A DNA stretch of 59,520 bases, filler included, from Stramenopiles sp. TOSAG23-2 (Eukaryota), in the NCBI GenBank assembly GCA_900128395.1. It is 6 parts of 6 records of this genome, joined end to end, with 100 filler letters (N's around TTAATTAATTAA, not from the genome) between each part and the next. Parts side by side here need not be neighbours in the genome. Positions count along the whole stretch, not along the records: positions 29,839 to 39,667 come from LT650068.1; positions 39,768 to 49,594 come from LT650069.1; 4 more parts are not named here. One strand, written 5' to 3'. Position numbers and translations under genes: made by a program. Positions 32,957-43,889 of this stretch are shown one piece after another (position 1 is the first letter of the stretch; each line of letters begins with the position of its first letter). The notes below the pieces were generated by a model, which did not search any database, was not told where the DNA came from, and worked only from the letters and a program-made list of their open reading frames with translations.

Positions 32957-34303
32957 ATGTTTTTACAACGTATTATAAAACATAATTGTAAAAAGACATT
33001 ATACAATGTAAAAAATAAAAACAGTAATACACATATTAAAAATAATAATAATAAGATCAATGTAATTACTGCTGTAAATAATAATAATAATAATTTCACA
33101 GAGATTAAATCAATCAAACGAATGTTCTACTCAACATCTAAAAGTACTGGAGATGACTGGTCTCGTCAAAATTCCATTTCTGCTGACTTTAAACGTACAA
33201 AATTTCGCGAAACGATTAAAAGAAATGGATATGAAGTGATCAGACCTTTAGGATATGGTGCTTTTGGGCATGTAACATTATGTAAAGGAATAGCTGAAGA
33301 AGATGCTGATGGATATTATGCTATTAAAACACAACGGTTGAAAGGTTCAGAGCTAACACCAGATCAAGCGGCGAAAGAAAAGAGCCAAAAAGAGGCAATA
33401 AGGGATCATGTGTCCAATTTAAGCGACGGTATTGTAAAAACACATTTGTTAAAAGCGTTAACAGAAATAACCGATATAATTATTAATGCATCACCTAAAG
33501 AAGGTGAATTTCGATTATATAATGGTAGACAAGTTCGTCGTGCAGTAGCTGAAACAGAAATTTTAGAATATGTAAAAGAATGTCCATTTGTTATTACGAA
33601 ACATAGTGAATTTATAGATGGACAAGAAATTTTTTTAGTCACTGATTTGATTGAAGGTGGAAGTTTGGAAAGATATTTAAATACTAGGGATCGATCAGCT
33701 GTAACAGAGGAAGAAGCAAAATTTTATGCTGCCGAATTAGTTGTTGCCATGTCATGTTTAAGTGAAAAAAATGTTACGCATCGTGATATAAAACCTAGTA
33801 ATATAATGTTAGATCGAGAAGGACATATTAAAGTGATGGACTTTGGATTAGCAACTACGAGAAGGGAAGATCTTGTTTTGGTATGTGGCACACCAGAATA
33901 TATTCCACCAGAAGTGTTATTATCTAAGAGTTGGAATGCTCATACACTCGATCGATATGCATTAGGGATCCTGATTTATAGAATGATACATGGTGTCACA
34001 CCTTATGAAGGTGAAAACGCTAAAAGTGTTTTTTTCAACATTTTAACCTCGAAAATTGAATTTCCAACATTACATTCTGGTGGTGGTGGTAGTAGTAGGG
34101 AAATATCTGAAGAAGCAAAATCATTAATATTAAATTTAATAGACCATAAACCAGAAAATCGATTAACATTAGATGAGATTAAAAATCATAAATGGTTTGA
34201 AAATATCAATTGGGAGGATGTTAATGAAAGAAAATTGGAACCGCCATATAAACCAGAATCATTAGAAGATGGTTATGCATCGAGACCAATACCTTTGCTA
34301 TAA
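32957..34303 (+). CDS. AGC-group Ser/Thr protein kinase with a presequence-like N-terminus
   Basis: LGYGAFGHV, YAIK, AKFYAAE, HRDIKPSN, DFG, CGTPEY, IKNHKWFENINW...LEPPYKP. Confidence 0.92.
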   Translation: MFLQRIIKHNCKKTLYNVKNKNSNTHIKNNNNKINVITAVNNNNNNFTEIKSIKRMFYSTSKSTGDDWSRQNSISADFKRTKFRETIKRNGYEVIRPLGYGAFGHVTLCKGIAEEDADGYYAIKTQRLKGSELTPDQAAKEKSQKEAIRDHVSNLSDGIVKTHLLKALTEITDIIINASPKEGEFRLYNGRQVRRAVAETEILEYVKECPFVITKHSEFIDGQEIFLVTDLIEGGSLERYLNTRDRSAVTEEEAKFYAAELVVAMSCLSEKNVTHRDIKPSNIMLDREGHIKVMDFGLATTRREDLVLVCGTPEYIPPEVLLSKSWNAHTLDRYALGILIYRMIHGVTPYEGENAKSVFFNILTSKIEFPTLHSGGGGSSREISEEAKSLILNLIDHKPENRLTLDEIKNHKWFENINWEDVNERKLEPPYKPESLEDGYASRPIPLL

Positions 34304-34307
34304 TTAT

Positions 34308-34339
<32 letters not shown>
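34308..34339. repeat. (AG)n microsatellite just after the kinase stop
   Basis: about 15 AG units. Confidence 0.9.
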
Positions 34340-34342
<3 letters not shown>

Positions 34343-34532
34343 GAAGTGTACTTTGCACTGTCACGAGTGATATTACTAGGACTGCCGCTAATTGTACAGA
34401 AGATTTTATTTTTTTTTATAAATTAAAATATTACGAGTAGTAAATTGAAAATATATGATGCAACCACATATATATTATACCTTGCATGTATATATACTCG
34501 TACGAATATTTTTAAAAAGTTTATATCATATG

Positions 34533-34756
34533 ATAGTAAGATAGATATTATTGTCTCAGTTATTGTATTCTTTCTGGAGAGTAGGAATTATCATGAGTGA
34601 ATTATAAAAAATAAGTGTTATGAGATGCACTAATTAAATAATTAATAGTAAGATAGATATTATTGTCTCAGTTATTGTATTCTTTCTGGAGAGTAGGAAT
34701 TATCATGAGTGAATTATAAAAAATAAGTGTTATGAGATGCACTAATTAAATAATTA
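34533..34756. repeat. exact 112-bp tandem duplication of a dispersed-repeat unit
   Basis: 34533-34644 equals 34645-34756; related to 20081-20145. Confidence 0.9.
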
Positions 34757-34950
34757 AAATATAATAAAAAAATATATGTAAAAATGTGGGTGATATAATA
34801 TTAATATGCATATTTTCTCGTGTGACATAAAAAAGTTACTGAGGTGGTATTCTCAATATTATCAAAATAATCAAAGCGTAATAAATGGCACGCGTTTTCT
34901 ACAACACCCTTTTAATGTTCCAGTATAAAACACCACACACACTTTCTCCT

Positions 34951-36492
34951 CTAAATAGAGCAAATATGGGCAGTGGTAGGTTTATTACAATCAAACCATG
35001 GATCATTTGTCACTTGTCTCCATTCATTTAATGCATTTTGTAGATCAGAAAATATTTTCCCGTATTTTTCCGTATTTGATGCTTGATTATGTAATGATAA
35101 TGGGTCTGCTTCAAGATCATATAATTCCCATTCAGGTCGTTTCATATATTTATTATAATCATAAATCCATCCAGTAGGTTTTCCACTTTCACCATCAGCC
35201 ATTAACTTTGCCCAAGTTGGAGTATTATACACATCTTCTAAAATGCCATATTCTAGATTATAGTTCAAATTGTGTACTAGACGATAATTACCAGATGTGA
35301 TACTTCTCATTGGATAATAGCAATATAACGAATGAAATTGATGCGATGCAAATGCTGGTTTATCTACGTTAAAAGAACTGGATAACAATGACATGCCAGT
35401 TAATATTGCAGGCTTGTGACCAGCTTTAGCATGTGTAGGATACCTCATTTTTACTGCATCTAATATTGTCACAGCAAAATCTAATGAAGATACAATTTGT
35501 TTACTACGATGTGCTGGAGTTGTAGATAACGGATTTACAACAATACATGGCTCACCTTGACCTTGATTGGTAAATAGATTTGTTTTTCCACTTGGAAACG
35601 GCAGACCATTGTCAGAAAAGAATATAATAAGTGTATCATCTACCCTTCCAGCAATTTTTAACTCATTTAAAATTAATCCAACACCTTGATCCATTCGATT
35701 TACGGCTGTATAAAATCTAGCTAAATCATCTCTTACAAGATCATTATCTGGTAAAAATTTTGGTACTATCATTTCTTCTTTTGTAAACCATTTTGGTTTC
35801 CAATCTGGAATAATACCTTGATCATTTTTGCCACTCCCGAAATATTCACAAAAAGTACCAATAGTCGAATTTTCATGACAACGATGTGTATCTCCAAAAC
35901 CAACATATAAGAAAAAAGGATCAGATGGTTGAAGTTTCGAAAAAAATTCATTTGCATAATTTTTCATATTTGTAATATTTCTAGAAACTTGATTATAATC
36001 GCTTTTACATGGTTGCGATGCACCTGCCCAACAATCATCTCCATGATATCCTAAACCATATGTAAAATTATAATTATCGACTGGTCCAACATGATATTTT
36101 CCAATGATACCAGTTGTATAATTGTGCTTGTTTAATAAATTCGGTAATGATAGAACGTCACTGTTACTTTGAAAGTTACCAGGATATTGATGCAGTCCAT
36201 ACATACCGTTTTGATGAGTTGGTAGGCCGGTAAGTATTGCAGAGCGTGATGGTGAGCAAGACGAAACAGCTGTATATGCATTATCATATATTACAGCACC
36301 TGAACGACGACCAAGGGCATCAATATTCGGTGTTGCGGTAACATTATCGTCATACAAACCAAGTTGAAAACCACCATCATCTACTAACAAGAATAGGATG
36401 GACATTTTTTTGGATGAATTTGCATTGGTAATAGTAAAACATAAAATAATACAAATACTTGCAATGATTAACAGTCGTTGATATATTTCCAT
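34951..36492 (-). CDS. SGSH: N-sulfoglucosamine sulfohydrolase (sulfamidase)-like sulfatase
   Basis: signal peptide; LLVDDGG, formylglycine motif CSPSRSAILTG, HQNGMYGLHQ, GKYHVGP, SDNG.PFPSGKTNL, YYPMRS, DPW. Confidence 0.88.
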   Translation of the reverse strand: MEIYQRLLIIASICIILCFTITNANSSKKMSILFLLVDDGGFQLGLYDDNVTATPNIDALGRRSGAVIYDNAYTAVSSCSPSRSAILTGLPTHQNGMYGLHQYPGNFQSNSDVLSLPNLLNKHNYTTGIIGKYHVGPVDNYNFTYGLGYHGDDCWAGASQPCKSDYNQVSRNITNMKNYANEFFSKLQPSDPFFLYVGFGDTHRCHENSTIGTFCEYFGSGKNDQGIIPDWKPKWFTKEEMIVPKFLPDNDLVRDDLARFYTAVNRMDQGVGLILNELKIAGRVDDTLIIFFSDNGLPFPSGKTNLFTNQGQGEPCIVVNPLSTTPAHRSKQIVSSLDFAVTILDAVKMRYPTHAKAGHKPAILTGMSLLSSSFNVDKPAFASHQFHSLYCYYPMRSITSGNYRLVHNLNYNLEYGILEDVYNTPTWAKLMADGESGKPTGWIYDYNKYMKRPEWELYDLEADPLSLHNQASNTEKYGKIFSDLQNALNEWRQVTNDPWFDCNKPTTAHICSI

Positions 36493-36947
36493 AATTTTTC
36501 AATATATTTTTTTTTAGTCAGTGTTTGTAACTATTGCGTTTTTATACATGTGATAATATACGTTTCGTATTCTTGTTTTTACTTTGTTGTGACGAACTGT
36601 ATTATACGTGTGTATCTATCCGATATCTATTATAATATATATGGTTTATTTTGAATTTACAGGTATTATCAGATGGTGTGCTGGTATTATTAGCTCTCAA
36701 GCTAAAATGAATGAATAATAGTTATGTACTTGGTAATGCTATTTACAGCTTAAGTTTATAATGATGAACAGCCATATTTTAATTTTACAAAATGTTCTGC
36801 AGGTGCTTCTGCCAGTCCGAAGAAAGAAGCTCTGTTTGCACACACGGCACTAAAAAATTTAAACTCTAGATAATATTTTGTATATACTTTTTATCACTCT
36901 CTTCTCAGTACCTCTCCTTCTTCTTAAAAAATTAACTCTCTTGTATC

Positions 36948-37226
36948 TTACATCCATTCAAGGTCACTACCTGCAGATGCAGCAGCTGCTGCCGGTTTCA
37001 TTGGCGAGGCTTGTTTTGCTCCCATATTTTGTTGGCCTCGTCCCATCATGCCACCCATAGGATTTCCTCCTCCTCCCATTTGACCCATACCGGGCTGTCC
37101 ACCACCCATCATGCCACCCATAGGATTTCCTCCTCCTCCTCCCATTTGACCCATACCGGGCATTCCACCACCCATTCCTGGCATTCCACCGCCTTGTCCC
37201 ATTTGCTGTTGCAGCAAGAAGATTCT
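36948..37226 (-). pseudogene. orphan Gly/Met-rich 3' coding segment (last exon or gene fragment) with a ~63-bp internal repeat
   Basis: QQQMGQGGGMPGM...GSDLEWM*; in-frame TAG immediately upstream (CTTAG, a possible acceptor); PGMGQMGGGG(G)NPMGGMMG occurs twice. Confidence 0.45.
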
Positions 37227-37422
37227 CTAAGACCAGAGGTAGATATAGTTATTGTTGAAGACATTGAAAATGAATCAGATTTTTAATGTATCTCTCTAGA
37301 TTTTAGAGAGAGAGAGAGATAGAGATAGAGAGAGAAAGTGTCGTGAAGAGGATGGAAATCGTTAATACGGACGACTTCGTACGTAGTATGACATTATTAA
37401 ATCATATTTTAAGTACGAAGTA

Positions 37423-38163
37423 TTAAAATATGTATAAGATGGTTAAAATCTTCGTAGTTATTGCTAATATATCAGTTTCCCATTTTCCAATATCATCTTT
37501 ATATCTTTTAAAAGTAGACACTTGTGCTTCAGTGATTCCACGAAACGATGCTAAACGATTTAAAATAGCACGTTTAGCCATTACATGCTTAGCAGTTTGT
37601 TTGAATTGAGCAACCGGCGTAGCAGAAGATCGCATACCTCTGAAATTAAATGAATGAGCATTTGCTTGAATATTATCCGTGCTTTCATCTAAATTTCCTT
37701 GTTTTATATTTACCGTATATTGTCCCGTCTGTGCACGTATTAAATTTTTAATGACATTAGCATCTTTACCACCTGTAGCTTCTAATACTGTTGTAACCGT
37801 GTTTTCATTTAATGAGGATGAATGTTTTAACAGGTCTTGCATTACCTCTTCTAAGCTTGTACTCAGCTCATCATCTTCGTTATTTTGTGCGTACGTATTC
37901 ATAATATTCAATTTGTCCAAAATGGATCCTAAACGTGTAGTAACTTTCACGTTACTGCTAAAACCTTCTTTTCCATCAACTTGCGAATTTGCTGTCACTT
38001 TGGATAAGCTTATTCGTAATTGTTTTACTTGCGTTTCAACACCAAGAGTATATAAAAATTTAATACGATCTGATTTTTCCCACATATGAGACCCGGCCAA
38101 TACTAATAACACATTTGCAGCAACCCATATAAATTCACGAAATATGATAGAAGATATTCGCAT
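37423..38163 (-). pseudogene. fragment resembling the TM-to-catalytic linker of a membrane cyclic-nucleotide phosphodiesterase
   Basis: TM then WEKSDRIKF; DIGKWETDIL resembles the W-x-F-D start of class I PDE domains; no HD catalytic region follows. Confidence 0.4.
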
Positions 38164-38375
38164 TTTCCCACACACACACACATCATACGAATCGTACGAG
38201 TATCATAATACTTCGTATATTTTATTATATAATATACCCCGACGTATGAGAAAATTATATATATTATATATTACGAGCGTATATATTATATATATATATA
38301 CGAGTATATATTATATATATATATGTTAATTATAAGACAAACACGAGAATTAGAGAGTTTTTTTGCTCTTCTTTT

Positions 38376-39667
38376 TTACACACCTTCCACACCTAGATTT
38401 GCAAGTTCTTCATCTAAATCGTCTAGGTCATCATCATCATCATCATCATCGTCGTCATCATATTCATTATTAAAACCAGGTATGTAATCTTCATCATCAT
38501 CATCATCCTCATCATCCGAATTTTCTTCTCCCGTATAATGTCGAATAGTACGTGGTATCGTTTTTTCTCGAATGATTAAAGCCATTTCAAGATCTAAATC
38601 AAAAATATCACAACGATCATTATATTCTTCTTCATCTTCAATATCTTCCATTGTTGGAGCATCGAAAAAATTGAAGAAACTAACACGTGGTTTTAAAACC
38701 ATACGAGTTTCACTTGTTCCTTTTTTACGTTGTTTTACTAATTTATGTGTTAAATCTTTACCATCATACCAATTAATTCTAGTGCCATTAATTGTTTTCA
38801 ATGTTGGCTCACTTATTGTACTATCATACATGCTTAAAATGAGATATTCTTTGGTCAATATTGAGTTTGAAAAGTATGGATTATTTGCACTATCAAATAA
38901 AAAATCTAATGCGAAACCAACTTTTTGAGTACCATCTTCATCCATATTGATTGCATCACCACCATCTGCTGAAGGCAATAGACGATGTTGAATATCAACT
39001 AAATAATTTAAGCATTCAATATCATGCTTTGCTATTGCTTCTCGTAACAAGGAGCTATTTTCCATTGCTACACGCCAAAATCCTGGCAATACTTGGGACT
39101 TATGAACAATACCTTCATATTCCAATTTTTGTGCATCTACTTTACTAGGTTTTAATTCTGTATTGCCATCTCGTCCATGTAATACATTTAAACGTTGATT
39201 ATATAAAATTCTTAACTTGTCATTGTACTTTGCTTCCAACGCTTTTCTTTCACTTTCATATGATGCTAAAGCATCAGCTACTTCCATATCCATTTCTTGT
39301 AAATTACTTATCAATGCTTGTGCACCACGAGGTACAGCATCTGCCTCTTCCTCATCATCCGCATCGTTGTCTACACCTTCCTCTTTTTCGTTATCATTAT
39401 TATTATTTGCAAGTTGTGACAAACGTTGGGAAACTAATGCAGGTGGTAATTGCGACATACCATTATCATTTACTGCATTTGAGCTTACAGCTTTACCACG
39501 ATGACCTTGAGGTGTCATAGCTTGCTGCGGAGTATTTGATGGTGTAATAGTACCAACCGGTGGTGAACTATTATTGTATGAATCCGAACGTGTTTTATTA
39601 ACTTGTGCTTTTTCTGCATTATTAATTATACCAGGTGATAATGTATTTGTTGTTCGATTGTTTTTAT
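38376..39667 (-). CDS. nucleosome assembly protein (NAP family), 5'-partial
   Basis: LEAKY...LYNQR, LPGFWRVAM, NPYFSNSILTKEY, INWYDGKDLT, SFFNFF, YTGE plus acidic tail; frame stays open from 39518 to the contig edge. Confidence 0.92.
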
Positions 39668-39767
39668 NNNNNNNNNNNNNNNNNNNNNNNNNNNNNNNNN
39701 NNNNNNNNNNNTTAATTAATTAANNNNNNNNNNNNNNNNNNNNNNNNNNNNNNNNNNNNNNNNNNNN
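39668..39767. other. artificial contig linker
   Basis: N44-TTAATTAATTAA-N44. Confidence 0.98.
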
Positions 39768-40523
39768 CAAGTCTCGTTTACTTTTGCTACTACCATTTGA
39801 TGGACTTCGTTTAGCATGATGAGTCTTGCTTTTTGAAAGTCGGCGTTTGGATACTGATTTGCCACTGTTACTGCTACTTTTGTTTAATAATTTATGGCGT
39901 GATTTGTTGCTACCTCCAAGAATGCTGCGTTTTGATGAAGATTTGAGGGAGCTACTACCACCATTACTTGCACGAGGAGTGCCTTCACTACTGCTATTTC
40001 TACGAAATGAGCTTCTTCTTCGTTTCTTGCCTGTTGTATTGAAGCCGTCTCGTACAATTATACCTTCATTTTGTCCAACAGAAGTTTCTGTATTGACTTG
40101 AACCATATATTTAGTTCCAGGATTAAGTCCTTTCAAAACTAAATTATTAACTGTTGCATTTAAAGGTGCTGGTATACTTTCTGGCCACACAGTCCAATTT
40201 TGTTCTTTCACCGTTTTGTACTTTATTTGATATCCAGATATAATGATTCCATGCGTTTTGGGAGTTGCCCATTGTAATTCCAAACTATCGTCAGTTATAT
40301 TTGATGCTGTGACTGTTTTAACTTGATCAGGCTCATCGATACTGGTCCGGAGTGTATTGCTAGCCGGGCCTAATGAACCTAAACCGGCTTCGTTATGGCC
40401 GCGAACGCGGAATTTATACATAGAATTTGGAATCAAGCCATCGATGATCGTAATATAATGATTCTCTTTCGTCGGATCATGTGTCTGGTAAGAAGCACCA
40501 CTTTTGGTTTTTGGTGGTATCAT
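39768..40523 (-). CDS. fibronectin type III domain coding segment (starts mid-domain; 3'-truncated at the contig edge)
   Basis: GLIPNSMYKFRVRGHNEAGLG; LQWATP...GYQIKY...GLNPGTKYMVQV; Ser/Lys-rich tail. Confidence 0.8.
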
Positions 40524-41505
40524 ACTGTTAATTTTACGTTTTATGAGAGTAACCTACTTGTTTCTTTTTATTCAAATAAACTTTTTAATAATATCTGCAA
40601 AAGCTTTACAAAATAAAATCAAACTAAGAGTCATGAATACGTATCTCCCATTTTTTTTACCAATCGCCACCATTTTTTCGTATTTTGTATGCTTTTCAAT
40701 CTTCTTTTTCTTTTGCTGGATTCAATAGTAATTGTATGCGCTCATACGCTTGTCTACCTGTGATACCTACAATGATTAACAAGAAGAAAAAAGTACCCCC
40801 ATAGATTAAGTACATCAAATCTAAAGTGCCTCTACAAATGTCAGCGTATTCAAAGTCAAACTCCGGTGTTTTTTGCTTGATGCAGAAGACATTGCCCACT
40901 GTCGAAACAATATAAAATACAACAGAAATTAAGAGGGGTGATATTCACATTGTTCCACTAGAGAGTGATAATTTTTCATCCGAGCTCAGATATTAGCATA
41001 TAAATAGCATACTATACGGCTGCTATTTACCTTCTTACTAAATGTGATAGCAGTTGCGATAATGGACGTTATTGCAGTAACTCGGTGTGATTTTGGCATT
41101 ATCCTAAAAGCATGCTAAGTCTCCAATTTTAGGCTTTATTCATTTTCTTAGTCTAATTTGCCGGAAGTCTAAACATCCAAAAAAATGGTCATTTTGGGAA
41201 GTAGGGTTGAGTGTTTATAAATACCTTAATTATTACATTTTTTTTGTGCAGAAAAAATATAATATAATTTTTGTTGTGAAAAAAAATTGAATGACATGAA
41301 AGCAAAAAAGTTTGCAAAAATGTTATAAAAATATTAATATTATTATGTACCAACTGAAGACAACTGTCTTTAATAATAAATTTTGATATAATATTATAGT
41401 ATTCATATACAATGCGCATTGCAAATTATATTATATTGCTACAGCTTGCAGTACTGCTGCCAATGCAACAAGTCCCATTGCTTTTGGCAGCAACATATGC
41501 TTTCT

Positions 41506-41943
41506 TCACTTTCCGCAAGCAAGAGCACCATCATGGTAAGGGCTGTACCCAGAATTACCATATCCATATTGTGGCTGGTATGGAGATGGTGGCGATTCAT
41601 CACTCTCTGAGGAGGAGCTGCTAAGTGCAGCAGAATTTTGAGCTTGATAAAGATCATATGCACGCTGTTCCTCCTCCGAGAACTGAGGGTTCCCCGTGGG
41701 CCGCCCTCTCGTGACCTTCAAAGTCATCTTTGCTAACACTTTAGACAATTTTCCAAAAGTGTAGCAAGCGGCTTGCCCTCGTGTCAATTGCACACGAGTT
41801 AACGCTTCCGATGCTGCTGCTGCACGGGCCGCCGGGCCAGCTCCACGCCCTGGCAGCTCCAAGTTCCGCTCCATAATTGTAAGTAAAGCTTGAACTATTT
41901 GTAGCCCTACTCCTTCTTTCCAATTTGCTTTTTGTGAAGACAT
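41506..41943 (-). CDS. transposon-borne ORF1, 145 aa, possibly a degenerate Myb/SANT-like helical protein
   Basis: ATG start; GC-richer than host genes; ANWKEGVGLQIVQALL...YTFGKLSKVLAKM helical pattern; Ser/acidic then Pro/Tyr-rich tail. Confidence 0.55.
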   Translation of the reverse strand: MSSQKANWKEGVGLQIVQALLTIMERNLELPGRGAGPAARAAAASEALTRVQLTRGQAACYTFGKLSKVLAKMTLKVTRGRPTGNPQFSEEEQRAYDLYQAQNSAALSSSSSESDESPPSPYQPQYGYGNSGYSPYHDGALACGK

Positions 41944-41951
41944 TTGTCTTG

Positions 41952-41996
<45 letters not shown>
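41952..41996. repeat. (ATT)n microsatellite directly upstream of ORF1
   Basis: about 15 ATT units. Confidence 0.9.
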
Positions 41997-42003
<7 letters not shown>

Positions 42004-42258
42004 ACTATTATTATTCTTGTTGTTGTTGTTATTGTTCTATATCAATATATCTCACCACCACACCATTTTTTTATACCATTTTTTTAAAAAAAGCCTAAGA
42101 TATAGCTGATTTAAGAGTTGCTGACAGCCACCCAATCCGTCAGCGCAAAATGTCAGCCACTGATGACTGATCGATCACAGGCAATTGCAATTGATTGTTT
42201 ATTATTTTTTCTTAGATGCCTAGATGTATTTTTAGAATTTATTAATGCAAAAAATATA

Positions 42259-42635
42259 TAAATTTCCATTAAGGGCTAAATATTCCCTTAGTATACATAA
42301 TTTCATGCCTACCAATCTGTCAAAACTATATTTCATATTTAAAACTAATTAAAATGTAAAAATTAAATTATATTTTGTGAACATGTATCGCATTTTTGTA
42401 CTAAAAAGTGACTTTCCCTTAATGTATTTTGGCCGTCTGATTTATTTTTAGAAATTCATGTCAATTTTAATAAATTTCCATTAAGGGCTAAATGCACCCT
42501 TAGTATACATAATTTCATGCCTACCAATCTGTCAAAACTATATCTCATATTTAAAACTAATTAAAATGTAAAAATTAAATTGTATTTTATGAACATGTAT
42601 AGCATTTTTGTACTAAAATGTGACTTTCCCTTAAT
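42259..42635. repeat. two ~165-bp imperfect direct repeats inside the transposon (42259-42423, 42471-42635)
   Basis: TAAATTTCCATTAAGGGCTAAAT...GTGACTTTCCCTTAAT twice at offset 212, with scattered substitutions. Confidence 0.9.
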
Positions 42636-42825
42636 CAAAAGTCACAACAAAAGTCGTAAAATACCTTAATTATTCTCGAAAAATTACAACACCAGCTTTT
42701 TTTTTTCTCCTCTCTGTTTTTTTTATACATAAATATATATTTAACTTTTGTTTTAAATTAACTTAGTCAACGTTGTATACATAAACACTGTATGTTTAGA
42801 GAAATAATCATAAATAGAAATAACT

Positions 42826-43632
42826 ATGGCAACAGATAAACCACATTACTCATCAGACCCAGATTTTTCAGATGATCTTTCAGATGAAGATATAGCTATG
42901 TCTGATCCCAATTATAAAAACAGCAGAGAAGCATATATGTTACGCTTAAAAAAAAGGAAAAACAAGGGTGGTAAATCTCCAAGATCTTCCATTGCATCAA
43001 TAATAGAAAAAGAAACACAAGTAGAAGAAGGAAATGCTGCAAGATCCAATGAAGTAGGGGGAAATCAAAAGAGAAATAAGAAGAAGAATAATAAGAAGAA
43101 GAATAATAATAAGAAGAAGAAGAAGAAAAGTAAGAGCAGGATGGGAGATACAAAAAAAAAAGGAAAAGATGGAGCTGATGGAGCTGATGGAGAAGATGCA
43201 ACAGCTGTAGCTGCAAAAAGTATGTCGTCTCAATATCACACCAATTCTCCATTAAGCAGTATGATGAAGGGAGCTTATTTGAAAAATAAGAAAGATTTTA
43301 ATTATCAAAAGTTTTATGATGAAGAAATTAAACCAAGTGAAGTTAAATACAGAAAAGTATTTATAGCTGAAGTATGCTTTGCTGGTTTTCCCTTTGAGGA
43401 AACATTTGCCTTGAAACAGCAAATGGAGCAAGGAAAATGTCCGTTCTTCAAAATGCGAATTCCAAAAATAAATTGCAAAAATTGCAAAAATCAAACCAGA
43501 AATGCATGCTTCCAGCATGGCCCACTGTGTGGGCTGTGCTGGAAAGCAACACATGTTGAGTGTAGGAAAGTCCCCCCTGAAAAATTTTTTCAAAGGAAAA
43601 AACAACGTCTTGGAAAAAGTGGAAGTATCTAA
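42826..43632 (+). CDS. transposon-borne ORF2, 268 aa: acidic N-terminus, Lys-rich NLS-like tract, C-terminal Cys/His zinc-binding domain
   Basis: SSDPDFSDDLSDED; KRNKKKNNKKK...; CKNC-x7-CFQH-x3-CGLCWKATH. Confidence 0.75.
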   Translation: MATDKPHYSSDPDFSDDLSDEDIAMSDPNYKNSREAYMLRLKKRKNKGGKSPRSSIASIIEKETQVEEGNAARSNEVGGNQKRNKKKNNKKKNNNKKKKKKSKSRMGDTKKKGKDGADGADGEDATAVAAKSMSSQYHTNSPLSSMMKGAYLKNKKDFNYQKFYDEEIKPSEVKYRKVFIAEVCFAGFPFEETFALKQQMEQGKCPFFKMRIPKINCKNCKNQTRNACFQHGPLCGLCWKATHVECRKVPPEKFFQRKKQRLGKSGSI

Positions 43633-43740
43633 AATAAATATAAAATATAATTTTTTTATTTAAATATAATTTTTAGTTTTTTTGTTCCGGATCGCTGTTT
43701 TTTTTAGGCGATTTTATCATTTCTTCCCAAAAAACACAAT

Positions 43741-43889
43741 AGCAGGGACACAGTAAAAGAAATTGAATAGTATAGAAATAGCACTCTGTTTTTTCTGGAA
43801 ATTTCCCCTCCAAAAAGCAGGGACACAGTAAAAGAAATTGAATAGTATAGAAATAGCACTCTGTTTTTTTTGGAAATTTCCCCTCCAAA
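43741..43889. repeat. 75-bp subterminal tandem repeat (2 copies, 1 mismatch) inside the transposon
   Basis: AGCAGGGACACAG...TTTCCCCTCCAAA at 43741 and 43816. Confidence 0.9.
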
